A DNA stretch of 60,157 nt, filler included, from Bilabrum cf. latius (taxonomy: Eukaryota), in NCBI GenBank assembly GCA_965178125.1. It is 3 parts of 3 records of this genome, joined end to end, with 100 filler letters (N's around TTAATTAATTAA, not from the genome) between each part and the next. Parts side by side here need not be neighbours in the genome. Positions count along the whole stretch, not along the records: positions 1 to 20,310 come from CBCXTV010000047.1; 2 more parts are not named here. One strand, given 5' to 3'. Positions 1 to 10,060 of this stretch are shown piece after piece. The notes beneath the pieces were generated by a model, which was given only the letters and a program-made list of their open reading frames with translations, was not told where the DNA came from and did not search any database. Position 1 is the first letter of the stretch. Every line of letters begins with the position of its first letter. The translations under genes and the position numbers were made by a program.

Positions 1-3000
1 TAGGACCCAGGAGGACGAATAACGACTGCGTCTCGACCAGGTCGGTAGCGCGCACTCGTTGAAGGCGAAGATTGAGCAGTGGCGCACGAGCGCCGAGATC
101 GCCCAAGCGCGCGACCATATAGCATATAGCACAGCAGAGCCGAGATCGCCGGTGGCTTCCCGAAGGCCACCGTTGTGCAGTACGTGACGATCAGCGACGA
201 GGTCTGGACGGAGGCCATGAGCTCGTTGGAAAAGACGACCGGTGGCGCGGATGCCAATCGGCTGATGCCCACCGGTTCCTCAGCCGACGTCGATCCCGCC
301 ACCAGGCAGACGGAGATCATGACAGTCCAGCTCCATCTGGAGGCCTTCAAGCGCGCCACTTCAGAGCGGCTCGTCAAGCATTACGACAGGCTCTTCTGGC
401 GCTTCGGGCATGTCTCCGAGACGATGTACTGGACGGTGACGCACATCGCCGGCAACAAGGCCGGCGACAGTTCGCAGTGGGAGACCGACTGTGACAACAC
501 CTACGCGCCGCCGGGCAAGGACGCCGACTTGTGCTTTCGTGCGCCGCGGGAGTGGTTCCTGTATGGAGACGGGGACCCCGCGGCGCAGGGACCCGGTTGG
601 GACTTCTGGCACGCGGATTGGATGTGCCCGATCCGGCCCTTCCTGGTGGAACGAGGACCGGAAGTGGTGGCAGGAGCCGCGCCTCCTGAGGTATCTCCTC
701 TCGCCGGAGGGCCGCGATGCCAAGCAGAAGATCCTCGACGGCGTGGTCACCAATCACCGGCGCGTAGTGGGCTACTGCCTTTACGTCAACTTCCTCCGGA
801 AGATCGACGAGGGCAAGGACCAGGACAAGATGCTCAAGCAGCTTAAGCGTGGGACACCCGACGACGATCGATTACGTACGACTTTCCGTCCCGCGTCATG
901 TGTGAGTGTGCACAGACGCTGGACTTGAAACCCCGCGCTCTACAACCAGCGATGCAAGCGCTTCAAGAATGGCTTTGAGCAGAACATTTTCAACCCTCAT
1001 GAGGCCAGCGAGGCCGGCCGCATCTACCGCGCCAAGCGGCGCAGGCTCAGCGACTACGGGTACAGCCTTCCGCAGACGGACGGAGCGATGGGCTTCGCCG
1101 CTGACGTGGTCTGTGATCCTCAGGATCCCGAGAGGAGGTTCGGCCAGGAGGTGCGCGAAGCCATGCAGAAGGCCGACTTGGCCATCGCTGCCGCGGAGCA
1201 GCTGTGGAAGCACAGGGATTACAAGGAGCGCCAGGAGAAGGCCCTCAAGCGATATGACGCAGAACTCGGCGCAGCGTATGCCAAGGACGACTTTGCCCTG
1301 TTCGGCAGGGGTGCCTACGCCCAGTTCTACCAAGTCCATACCTCGGAGCTCGTGGGCGAGCTTTCCCAGATCAATGGACAGGACCAAGCGACGGGCTCAT
1401 CAATGATTTCAATGATTGGCACAGCGCTGAGCACGACATGGGTCAATGCGTACAGCAAGGGGGGGGGGGGGGCAACCGACAGACGAGCCACTACTACCTC
1501 CAGACGGCCCAGAAGATGGCGAGAACATGGCCTTCCTTGTCGATTCCGATGGGGCAGAGACGTACCGCAGCTTGATCAATGAGTGCCGCAACAAGGACAC
1601 GCAGCCGGGCCCCGACTTCATGTACGAGGCCAGCGAGAGCGGCGAGTGGAGAGCATTCCCGCCGGCTCAGCAGGGACCGGTTGGGGTCATTGGTCCGCTT
1701 CCCGCTCTGACATACGGCCGGGAGATCGACAAGGACAACAAGAGCTTGAGAATACTCACCGGAATGTTCGGATTTCAGCGTGTCACCGGAATGTTCGGAT
1801 TTCAGCGTGCCGCCGACACCATCTCCGCGATCAATGCACGGCCAGCCAACGGAGGCTTCGTTGCCACCTTGGCCAGTTGACGAAAAGCCAGACGAAGGCG
1901 GTGGGCCGACACTTCGAAGCCAGCGCCATGATCGAGCCGCTCGCCAAGAACATGTTCCAGTTCTGGATCGACGGCCGCAGGAAGAAACGGCGCCTGGCCA
2001 ATGCGTTTGTCGACTTCATCCCGCAGAAGCCGCCGCAGGTGGAGAATCTCGACACTTGGGTCAATGAATGCAGGTGCGCAAAGGGGCCAGTCCGAAACGG
2101 ATCGACTTCCTACTTTGCCATGCTCTCCCAGCACGCCAACCAGTACGAGGCAGGTCCAGCGGTCGGCGAGCTCCGTCACGAATACCAAGAGCAGGAGACC
2201 TTCAAGAGGACGGATGGACGACAGGTGGTGCTCCGACCGCCAGCGCAACGGAGGGTTCCAGACCGTCAGCTGCGTTCGGACCCCATCGTGTCGCGAGCGC
2301 CAACGTGGCCGGCCATCCGGGCATCGCATATCACCCTTCGTGACGACGACGAGAGCTCGGGCAGCGACTGGGAGGACGAGACGACACTGCATCACAAGCC
2401 ATGGCCCACTGCGGAGGGTGCCCGAGGCTTGGCCGAGGGCATCGAATCCTACATTGCCAGCAACATGCAGGCCGTTGTCGACGTGCCAGAGGTGTTCTTT
2501 CAATGGCAGACCGCCTATGACCACGTGCTTCCGTGGCATTTGACCCTCAAGAACAACGCGCCGAAGAAGTATCGCTCCTACTGGTACGTCGAAGACGCGA
2601 CAGGGAAGAAGTCCCTTGTGCGCAGACAGTCGCTCATCTCCATCTACAATCCGACGAGTCAGGCTCCCGCCGACCGGCTCTACGACCCGGACGAGCTCCA
2701 GGGCATCAGCGTCCCAGTGCTTTGGGACAGCCTGTCCTTCATTCAGGCCTACATCCGTCGCCACCGCTTCCTCGAGCGGCGGCTTCAGAAGGCAGTCCCT
2801 GGGTGCAAATGGTTCGGGGGGTGCTACGTCTTCTCGAAGTGGCTCGACGACCATCCGGACATCTCAAAGTGGTACTACTCGTTGAAGGGCAACGGCAAGT
2901 TGACCGACGAGGATGTTGCCGCTCTTGGCGACGTCCACGATACCGAGGCCGCGAAGCAGATCAGCAAGTTCGGGACCGAGTTGTTCCAGGACATCGCGGA

Positions 3001-3292
3001 CAAGGTCGGCGACCGCAGTGCGATGATGACGATTCCGGAGTTCATCTGCCGGATCCACCAGAGCGCACACACGGGTCTGTTTCCGCCGATCATGCATGCG
3101 ATGCTGGGTCGGCATGCGGACTACGTGATGGACCGTGTCCAGAAAGAGATTCCGGCCACGCCTCTGAATTACGACGACGGCGATAAGGACGAGGAGATGA
3201 GCAGTGACAGTCCTCCATCCGGCACAGGGGCCCCTGCGGATACGGTGATGGCGCCGGTGGAGGAAGAGGAAGAGGTCGACTGGGACGTCTAG
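1..3292 (+). pseudogene. Long intronless degenerate ORF of unknown function (about 1,000 aa when joined), possibly an accessory ORF of a retroelement; 5' end lies outside the window
   Basis: Protein-like segments in ORFs 175-846, 491-928, 1088-1582, 1446-1880 and 1583-3292 join end to end through frameshifts and one stop. There is an in-frame 27-bp tandem duplication at 1756-1809 and an acidic C-terminus ending at TAG 3292. No domain was recognised. Confidence 0.5.
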
Positions 3293-4421
3293 GGCGTTCC
3301 AGCGGGAGCTGCGTTCGCAGATCGCAGCTCGAGACAAGTTGTGGCGATGCCCCGGATGGCGCGGATGCCAATTGGCTGATGCCTGTCCGGGGCAGACAAA
3401 GTTCAGTCAATGCAGCGTTTGTGTCAATGGGGCACAGAGATCGGAGGGACTAAGTAGAATTCAGCCATTGCGGTCAGCACATTAGCTCGCAGTCTGCACG
3501 GACCATCTGGCAGGAGCTGAGGCGCCCTGGCAGCACAGAACCCAGGTAACGGCTGAGGCCAACGACAGAGCAAGCAAGACGTGTGCCGCCTGCAGCAGCG
3601 GGATGCGCGACAAAGCCTTTTGGCGCGGATGCCAATCGGCTGATGCCCGCAAGTGCTGCCCGCACCGATCGCCCAGTGTAGAGGCCGACGCGGTGGTCGT
3701 CGGAAGCTGTAGGAGTCACCAGGTGGTTCCTGGTGTGCTCCGGCCTTTTGTCCTTCGCGACACGCCGGTTCGATGTCCGTTCCGGCTATCACTGAAGTAC
3801 AGCTTGTCTCTCGGGTCAATGGGGTGGTCAGCGCAGGCCGTGCGCTTGCGCGCCCAATGCGTTTGCGCCAACTTCGCACAAGTTTTACATGTTCGGGTCA
3901 CACAGGGCTCGAGCATGTCCGGCACGCCGAGCACTGGGGCTCCGGGCCGTACAGCTCGCCCAGGACACACCAGACTCGCAGTGCATCCGTTCATCATGCT
4001 TCTCTGCAGCTACGGCTCTGGCTCAATGCTGCAGCAGGCCACTCACTCTTGACACGTTGTATAGCACACACCCCTTGACTCGTGACCTTCGCTTGCCCTC
4101 TTGCGAAAAGAACCTTGCACGCAGCTGCGCACCAGCAGCCATGGTTCGTCTCCTTAAGCAGTCCATCGGGTTCATTGCGTACTTCTCCTTGGGCTCAAGC
4201 GATATCATGGGCCAGGCGGGTGTCTCTCGACCGGCCGGCGGTACCCCGCGGGCGGGCGACGGAGGGCGGGAGCTGACCACCCCGGACGGTCGCACTGCGA
4301 GGCGGCCGCGCAGAGGGCGAGCTTGGACCGCCCCCGGGCTCAAGGTTGGTTCACAAGTGCTCCGGGTTACGTCAGCGTTCCGCCGGTCCGGCCGAGTTGT
4401 GCCGATACCTGTTGTGATGTC

Positions 4422-5455
4422 GGGGGCCTACTAGAGTTATTTTGCGCGCCGCCCGCCACACTGTGCAGGATGGCGATTTCCCGGAAAATGCCGAAAAATG
4501 CCCGAAAAATGCCCGCGCGGGCCTCCCGGAAAAAGGCCTCAACAAAAACCCTCAAAAAGGCCTCCGTGCGGGGTTCGCTTGGGGCGGGGGTCGGAAAAAA
4601 GCCTCAAAAAGGCCTCAAAAACGCCTCCGGGAGGGGGGTTTTGGAGGCATTTTGAGGTTTTTTCGACCGATGTTTGGCAAAATTTGGTCAAATTTGGACA
4701 ATATTTCGTCCAAATTTGACCAAATTTTGCCAAAATCGGTCGAACATGCCTCAAACATGCCTCCAAAACCCCTCCCGGAGGCGTTTTTGAGGCTTTTTCA
4801 CGGAGGCGTTTTTGAAGGTTTTTTGAGGCATTTTTTTCTGGGAGGCCCACGCGGGCATTTTTCGGCATTTTCCGGGAAATCGCCATCCTGCACAATGTGG
4901 CGGGCGGTGCGCACTGTAATAGTAGAGCCCCCGGACGTCCCGAAAATCGGAAATACTCCTGCAGATTGGGAAAAAAGGGTTCCCTGGGGGGCCGGAGATG
5001 GGGGGAAAAATATCCTAAAATAGGTTCCGCCGGGAGGGGCCCCGACCGCAACCCCGGAAAAATAGCCCGCAAAATATCCAAAACAATAGGTGATTGAACT
5101 ACTTTGGGGCTTTCCAAGCTGTTTTTTGGCTATTTGCAGCGCTTTGGGGGCAGATTTTCGTTAGTTCGGGGCGAATTTTGGCTGAATTCAGCCGCCCCAG
5201 ATTGACGCAAAATTGCCCCAAAAGCGCCACAAATAGCCAAAACCCAGCTTGGAAAGCCAAAAAATAGGTCAAACACCCTATTTGTTTCCGGTATTTTGCG
5301 GGCTATGTTTCTGGGGTTGCGGTCGGGCCCCTCCCGGCGGAACTTAGTTGTTGGCTATTTTCCCCCTGTCTCCGGCGCCCCCCAGGGAACCTATTTTTCC
5401 ATATCTGCAGGGTATTTCCAATTTTCGGTACGTCCGGGGGTTTTAGTAGGCCCCC
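4422..5455. mobile_element. Non-autonomous foldback/MITE-like element with 12-bp TIRs and a 6-bp TSD
   Basis: The ends are GGGGGCCTACTA (4422) and TAGTAGGCCCCC (5455), flanked by GATGTC at 4416-4421 and 5456-5461. The interior is two ~500-bp imperfect palindromes centred near 4702 and 5186. Confidence 0.8.
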
Positions 5456-5532
5456 GATGTCATGGCCGGGGCGCTTGGACCACCCCCGGGCCCGCAGCGG
5501 GCCGCCGGGGCGCCCCGGGAAGCTCCTCTACT

Positions 5533-5795
5533 CCAGGCTGGTTAATAAGGGTTCCGGGATACGTCAGCGTTCCACCGGCCCGGCCGGCCCCAAATTCGGT
5601 CGGACTTTTGCCGAGATTTGGCCGAATTTGGGCCGATTCGGCCGGCTCGTGCCGAAATTTTGCCGACGTGGGCCGACTTGGGGCCGATTTGGGCGGATTT
5701 GGGCCGATTTGGGCTGAGTTTGGCCGAGTTTGGGCCGATTCGGGCCAAACTTTGGCCGATGTTCACCGATGTTTGCCAACATCGGCCAAACATCG
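5533..5795. repeat. Degenerate TTTGGCCGA-type ~10-bp minisatellite preceded by a ~55-bp dispersed repeat
   Basis: Repeated ttggccga/tcggccaa units. The leading CCAGG(T/C)TGGTT...CGTTCC.C.GGCC block recurs near 4341, 5533 and 7701. Confidence 0.7.
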
Positions 5796-6610
5796 GGGAC
5801 ACATCTAGATACGTACGTACGCTCTCCGTGACAGCTTGCAGTGAGAGCTTGCAGGCGCCAGTGCCCACCCTCATCGGAAGGTATTAGTGTTCAGTCATAT
5901 TAGGGTGCAGTGTGCGTGCTTTGCAAAGCATGAATATCGCGCTTTTTCTCTAGGAAATAGGACATCGATTCCCAAAAAGACAAGAAATAGGCCGAACATG
6001 GCCCAGATTGGGCGAACATGGATGAAAATCCGACCAAATTAATGAGAAAAGCACGAGGGATCCGAAAGAAACACTCCCGGGGTGCGAAAACGGCCTCCGG
6101 GGCGAGTTTTCGAAATTTCGGGTGAAATTTGGAAAAAATCCGCCCCAAAAAGTTCGAACCCCGGAAAATTAACCCGAAAAAATTACCAACATTTGCCAAA
6201 ATCTGCAAAAAATGCAAACATCTGCAAACATCGGCAAAATTCGGCAAATAGCACGAGCCGCAACTTACACGCAGTGCACCCCAATATGACCCACCCCCAA
6301 TACCTCCCTATGACACCCGCCCGCCCGCGAGCCCTCGCAGCCGCCCGTCTTCATGGCAAGCCGGGCCCGTGCTCGGGCCCGCCGCCCGAGCCCGGGGCGT
6401 GCGCCCGGGCTTGGGGCGGCGGCCTCAGGCTTGGTGCACGCACCGGGGCGCTTCGGCCGCCCCCGGGCGCGGAGCGGGCCGCCGGGGCACGCCCTCCGCT
6501 GTCGAAGGGGCCGCCGCTCGGCCCGCCGCCGTCGCGTCTCAGACGAAGCTGCGCGCGCGTGGCGCGCCGCGGCGCGGCGCGGTCGCGTGGGGGGTCCGCC
6601 TTTTTGAGGC

Positions 6611-7687
6611 ATGCCGTCCACCGGACACGAACACACCGTGTTATTGCGGAGCGATGGTCGTGCTGTGGCATGTGGTGGGAATGAGGATGGACAGTGCGAT
6701 CTGCCCGAAGCCGAGGCGGGGGTGAGCTACATCCAGGTGTCCGCCGGGCTCGACCACACCGTGTTATTGCTGAGCGATGGTCGTGCTGTGGCATGTGGTG
6801 GGAATGGGGATGGACAGTGCGATCTGCCCGAAGCCGAGGCGGGGGTGAGCTACATCCAGGTGTCCGCCGGAGGCCGCCACACCGTGTTGTTGCGGAGCGA
6901 TGGTCGTGCTGTGGCATGTGGCCGGAATGTAAGTGGTCAGTGCGATCTGCCCGAAGCCGAGGCGGGGGTGAGCTACATCCAGGTGTCCGCCGGGCCCTTC
7001 CACACCGTGTTGTTGCGGAGCGATGGTCGTGCTGTGGCATGTGGTTGGAATGAGGATGGAAAGTGCAATCTACCCGAAGCCGAGGCGGGGTGAGCTACAT
7101 CCAGGTGTCCGCCGGTAGAAACCACACCGTGTTGTTGCGGAGCGATGGTCGTGCTGTGGCATGTGGTTGGAATGAGGCTGGTCAGTGCAATCTACCCGAA
7201 GCCGAGGCGGGGGGTGAGCTACATCCAGGTGTCCGCCGGTAGAAACCACACCGTGTTGTTGCGGAGCGATGGTCGTGCTGTGGCATGTGGTTTTGGCAGG
7301 GATGGTCGGTGCAATCTACCCGAAGCCGAGGCGGGGTTGAGCTACATCCAGGTGTCCGCCGGAGGCGGCCACACCGTGTTGTTGCGGAGCGATGGTCGTG
7401 CTGTGGCATGTGGTAGGAATTATGATGGGCAGTGTAACTTGCCCATCGCGCCCGACGACCTGCGCTACGTGCCGTGCGCCCCAGCGGCCCGGGGCGACCT
7501 CGTCGTGCAGCTCTTCGCGGACGAGCGCGTGGCGACGTGCAGGTGCCTCCTCACCGGGGAGCGAGTTGGCGAGCTGGACCGTCCAGGACGAGGAGCTCGG
7601 GGAGAGCGTCCTGAGGCGCAGCTCGGGGTCAGTGGGAGCTTGGAAGGATGCGCCTCGGAGGCATCGGAGTTCGGGCTTATCTCATGA
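6611..7687 (+). CDS. RCC1-repeat (beta-propeller) protein exon with seven 41-aa repeats
   Basis: 123-bp units start at 6632, 6755, 6878, 7001, 7123, 7247 and 7370. Each encodes HTVLLRSDGRAVACGxNxxGQCxLP...YIQVSAG, the RCC1 consensus. Compensating -1/+1 indels in G-runs near 7090 and 7212 split the ORF track. Confidence 0.9.
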
Positions 7688-7722
7688 CAAAACGCGTCCT
7701 CCAGGTTGGTTGATAATCGTTC

Positions 7723-8283
7723 CGGGGTAACTCGGCGTTCCGCTGGCCGCGCCGGCCCACAAGGTGGCCGATTTGGGGGCCGATGTTTGGCCGATGTTGG
7801 CTGATTTCGGCCGATGTGGGGCCAATGTTTGGCCGAATTGGGCCCATTTTTGGCCGATCTGGGCCGATTTGGGCCGGATCTTGCCAAACTGTGGCCGATG
7901 GTGGCCAACTTTGGGCCGATTTGGGGCCAGTTGTTGGCCGATGTTGGCCGAGTTTTGCCGATGTTTGCCAAAATTTGGCCGATGTTGGTCGACTTTGAAC
8001 CAATATGGGCCGAGATTTGCTCGATCTGGCCCGAATTTGGCCAAAGATTGGCCGATGTTGGCCAACCTCGGCCACAGTTTGGCCAAACTTGGCCAGCATT
8101 TGGCCGAAGTCAGCCACACTTCGGCCGACATCGCCCTCAAGTAGCCAGAAGTCGGCCCAAACTCCACCCAAATTCCACCGAAACTGGCCAAACTCGGCCC
8201 CACATCGGCCAACTTCGGCCAGAATCGGCCAAACTCGGCCATGGTTTGGGCCGCCCGGGCCAGCGGAACGCCGAGCTACCCCG
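7723..8283. repeat. TTGGCCGA minisatellite bounded by 26-bp inverted repeats (MITE-like)
   Basis: CGGGGTAACTCGGCGTTCCGCTGGCC at 7723 matches the reverse complement of 8258-8283 with one mismatch. The interior units switch orientation. Confidence 0.65.
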
Positions 8284-8977
8284 CGCCGGCCCAGAAGCTC
8301 GCCGATTTGGGGGCCCATTTTTGACCGATGTTGGCTGATTTGGTTGCATTGGGGCGGTCCGTCAAATACTGGGATCGAGGACATCCTGGAAAGTGCCAAA
8401 AAATGCCGGAAAATACTCGCGAGGGCTTCCCGAGAACAGGCTCCCCAGACCCTCCCAAGACCCCTCGAAAAAACAAACGCCCCAAAGCCTCAACCCCCCC
8501 CTTGCGGAGCAGTTTTGGAGGGTTTGGTTGGGTGCCGGCGGGGGGGCAGCTCCGGACCCCCTCTAACAGGGGGTCGTGGGGATTTCCGAGGAAGTCCCGG
8601 GGGGGTCCCCCTCTTACCGCCCTCGGCCAAAATCGCCCAGAATTGGCCAACATCGCCCAGAATTGGCCATGTTTGTCGGGTAGCACGCGAGAGCACAGTA
8701 AGACAGTGTGCATGACCATGCGGGGTGGGGAGATCTTTAAGGTGTACAGATACATTGTGTGTCTCCGAAGCCTTGTTGCTTACACGGACACAGGAGCGCC
8801 TCGAGGCCCAAACGCTGCGCGTTCGCTCACTCACCCGTTACCCCAGTTGGTCACTCACCAATATTCCGGTGCCCGGGATTCCTTGGGCCCAGGGCCGGAC
8901 CATATCGGCGGGATTCTCGCCCCGCATTTTTGGAGGATTTGCGAGAAGCAGCTTATCAGCCGTAAGCTCAGACGACT

Positions 8978-10060
8978 ATGTCGTCCGACGCTTCGAGCGC
9001 TGCTCACAGCACAGACTTTGAGCTTACGGAGACCACAGAGGCACCGGCTATAACCCGTGAGGGCTCCGGTACGGATGAGCAACCGGAGACCGAGAACAGT
9101 CCCGAAACGGAGACGACGAGCGGGACAAGCCAAAGTCTCCAGAACTCCCACCGGGCCAACTCCAGGCGCCGGAGCAGGGAGGCGGGACGAGGAGCAGGGA
9201 AAGGAGGGGGTAAGGCGGGGGGGCGCAGGCCGAGGTCTTCGTCACAGGACCTGCGCTATCCCGGAGCGCGCGCCGCACCACGCGCTCGCGCCCCCGCGAC
9301 GGCGACGGTGACTGCAGCAGTGATCTCGTCACCCCCTTCCCTGAATCCCTTCGGGTACCTGGGTGAGCCGGCCGTGCTGGGAGGGGTCGGGGCAGACAGC
9401 GGTTCGTCCGCAGTGAGCTCCTTCCCCGACCGGCGCGTGTCGGCGACCCCGGGGGGCCCGGTGCCCATTCTTTCCGAGACCGAAATTATTCAGGGCCATG
9501 CGCAGGAAATTACCCCGATTCCGAGTCCAACGGGACAAGATGTCCCGGCTCTTGCCGATATCGAGCACTTCTCTTTGGAGGAGGAGCTCGAGAGGGTCAT
9601 GCACGACACGACCCAGAAGTTGATCGGCGAGCAGCGTGCTCGCGCAGCGTGCTCGCGCGAGGTCCCAACGGAACTCCGCCCCGGGGCAGACAGCGGTTCG
9701 TCCGCAGTGCGCTCCGGTGGCGGGGTTTCCGGCGGGACCGCACGTGTGCGTGTGCACGGTGACGTCGACGGCAGTGATGGGTTCATTCCCGACCCGATTC
9801 CCGACCCGACCCGGTCCCTGAACCCACGGGCAGACAGCGGTTCGTCCGCAGTGCGCTCGTTGGGGGAAGGGCCGGCGACGGCCGGGAATGGCAAGGGAGG
9901 ACCCGGTGCTCATGAAGGAAAGGGGTACGCGCAAATTCCCCCGCGCCCGCACACGCCCGCCGCGAAGAGTATGGCCGGGGCGATGGAAAGGGCCGAATTG
10001 GGGGGTTTCCGCAGGTTCAGCGTCGCCCTGAAATCTTCGGCCCCGCGGATTCGGACGTAA
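8978..10060 (+). CDS. ORF0 upstream of gag, 360 aa, low complexity; may be the N-terminal part of Gag
   Basis: Open frame that carries the element-specific SGSSA/hairpin motif three times. Its TAA overlaps the gag ATG (TAATG, 10058-10062). Confidence 0.55.
   Translation: MSSDASSAAHSTDFELTETTEAPAITREGSGTDEQPETENSPETETTSGTSQSLQNSHRANSRRRSREAGRGAGKGGGKAGGRRPRSSSQDLRYPGARAAPRARAPATATVTAAVISSPPSLNPFGYLGEPAVLGGVGADSGSSAVSSFPDRRVSATPGGPVPILSETEIIQGHAQEITPIPSPTGQDVPALADIEHFSLEEELERVMHDTTQKLIGEQRARAACSREVPTELRPGADSGSSAVRSGGGVSGGTARVRVHGDVDGSDGFIPDPIPDPTRSLNPRADSGSSAVRSLGEGPATAGNGKGGPGAHEGKGYAQIPPRPHTPAAKSMAGAMERAELGGFRRFSVALKSSAPRIRT

Noticed and set aside
4178-4199. Relic spliced leader ending GGCTCAAG
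   Set aside because: Only the last 8 nt match well and no convincing gene follows.
8690-8900. Exact 5' LTR and primer-binding site
   Set aside because: There is no partner LTR in the window and no clear TG...CA plus TGG PBS. TGGGCCCAG near 8884 only weakly resembles a half-tRNA-iMet PBS.
9397-9413. tRNA or Pol III B-box reading of GGTTCGTCC
   Set aside because: It lacks the GTTCGANNC spacing, an A box and a cloverleaf.
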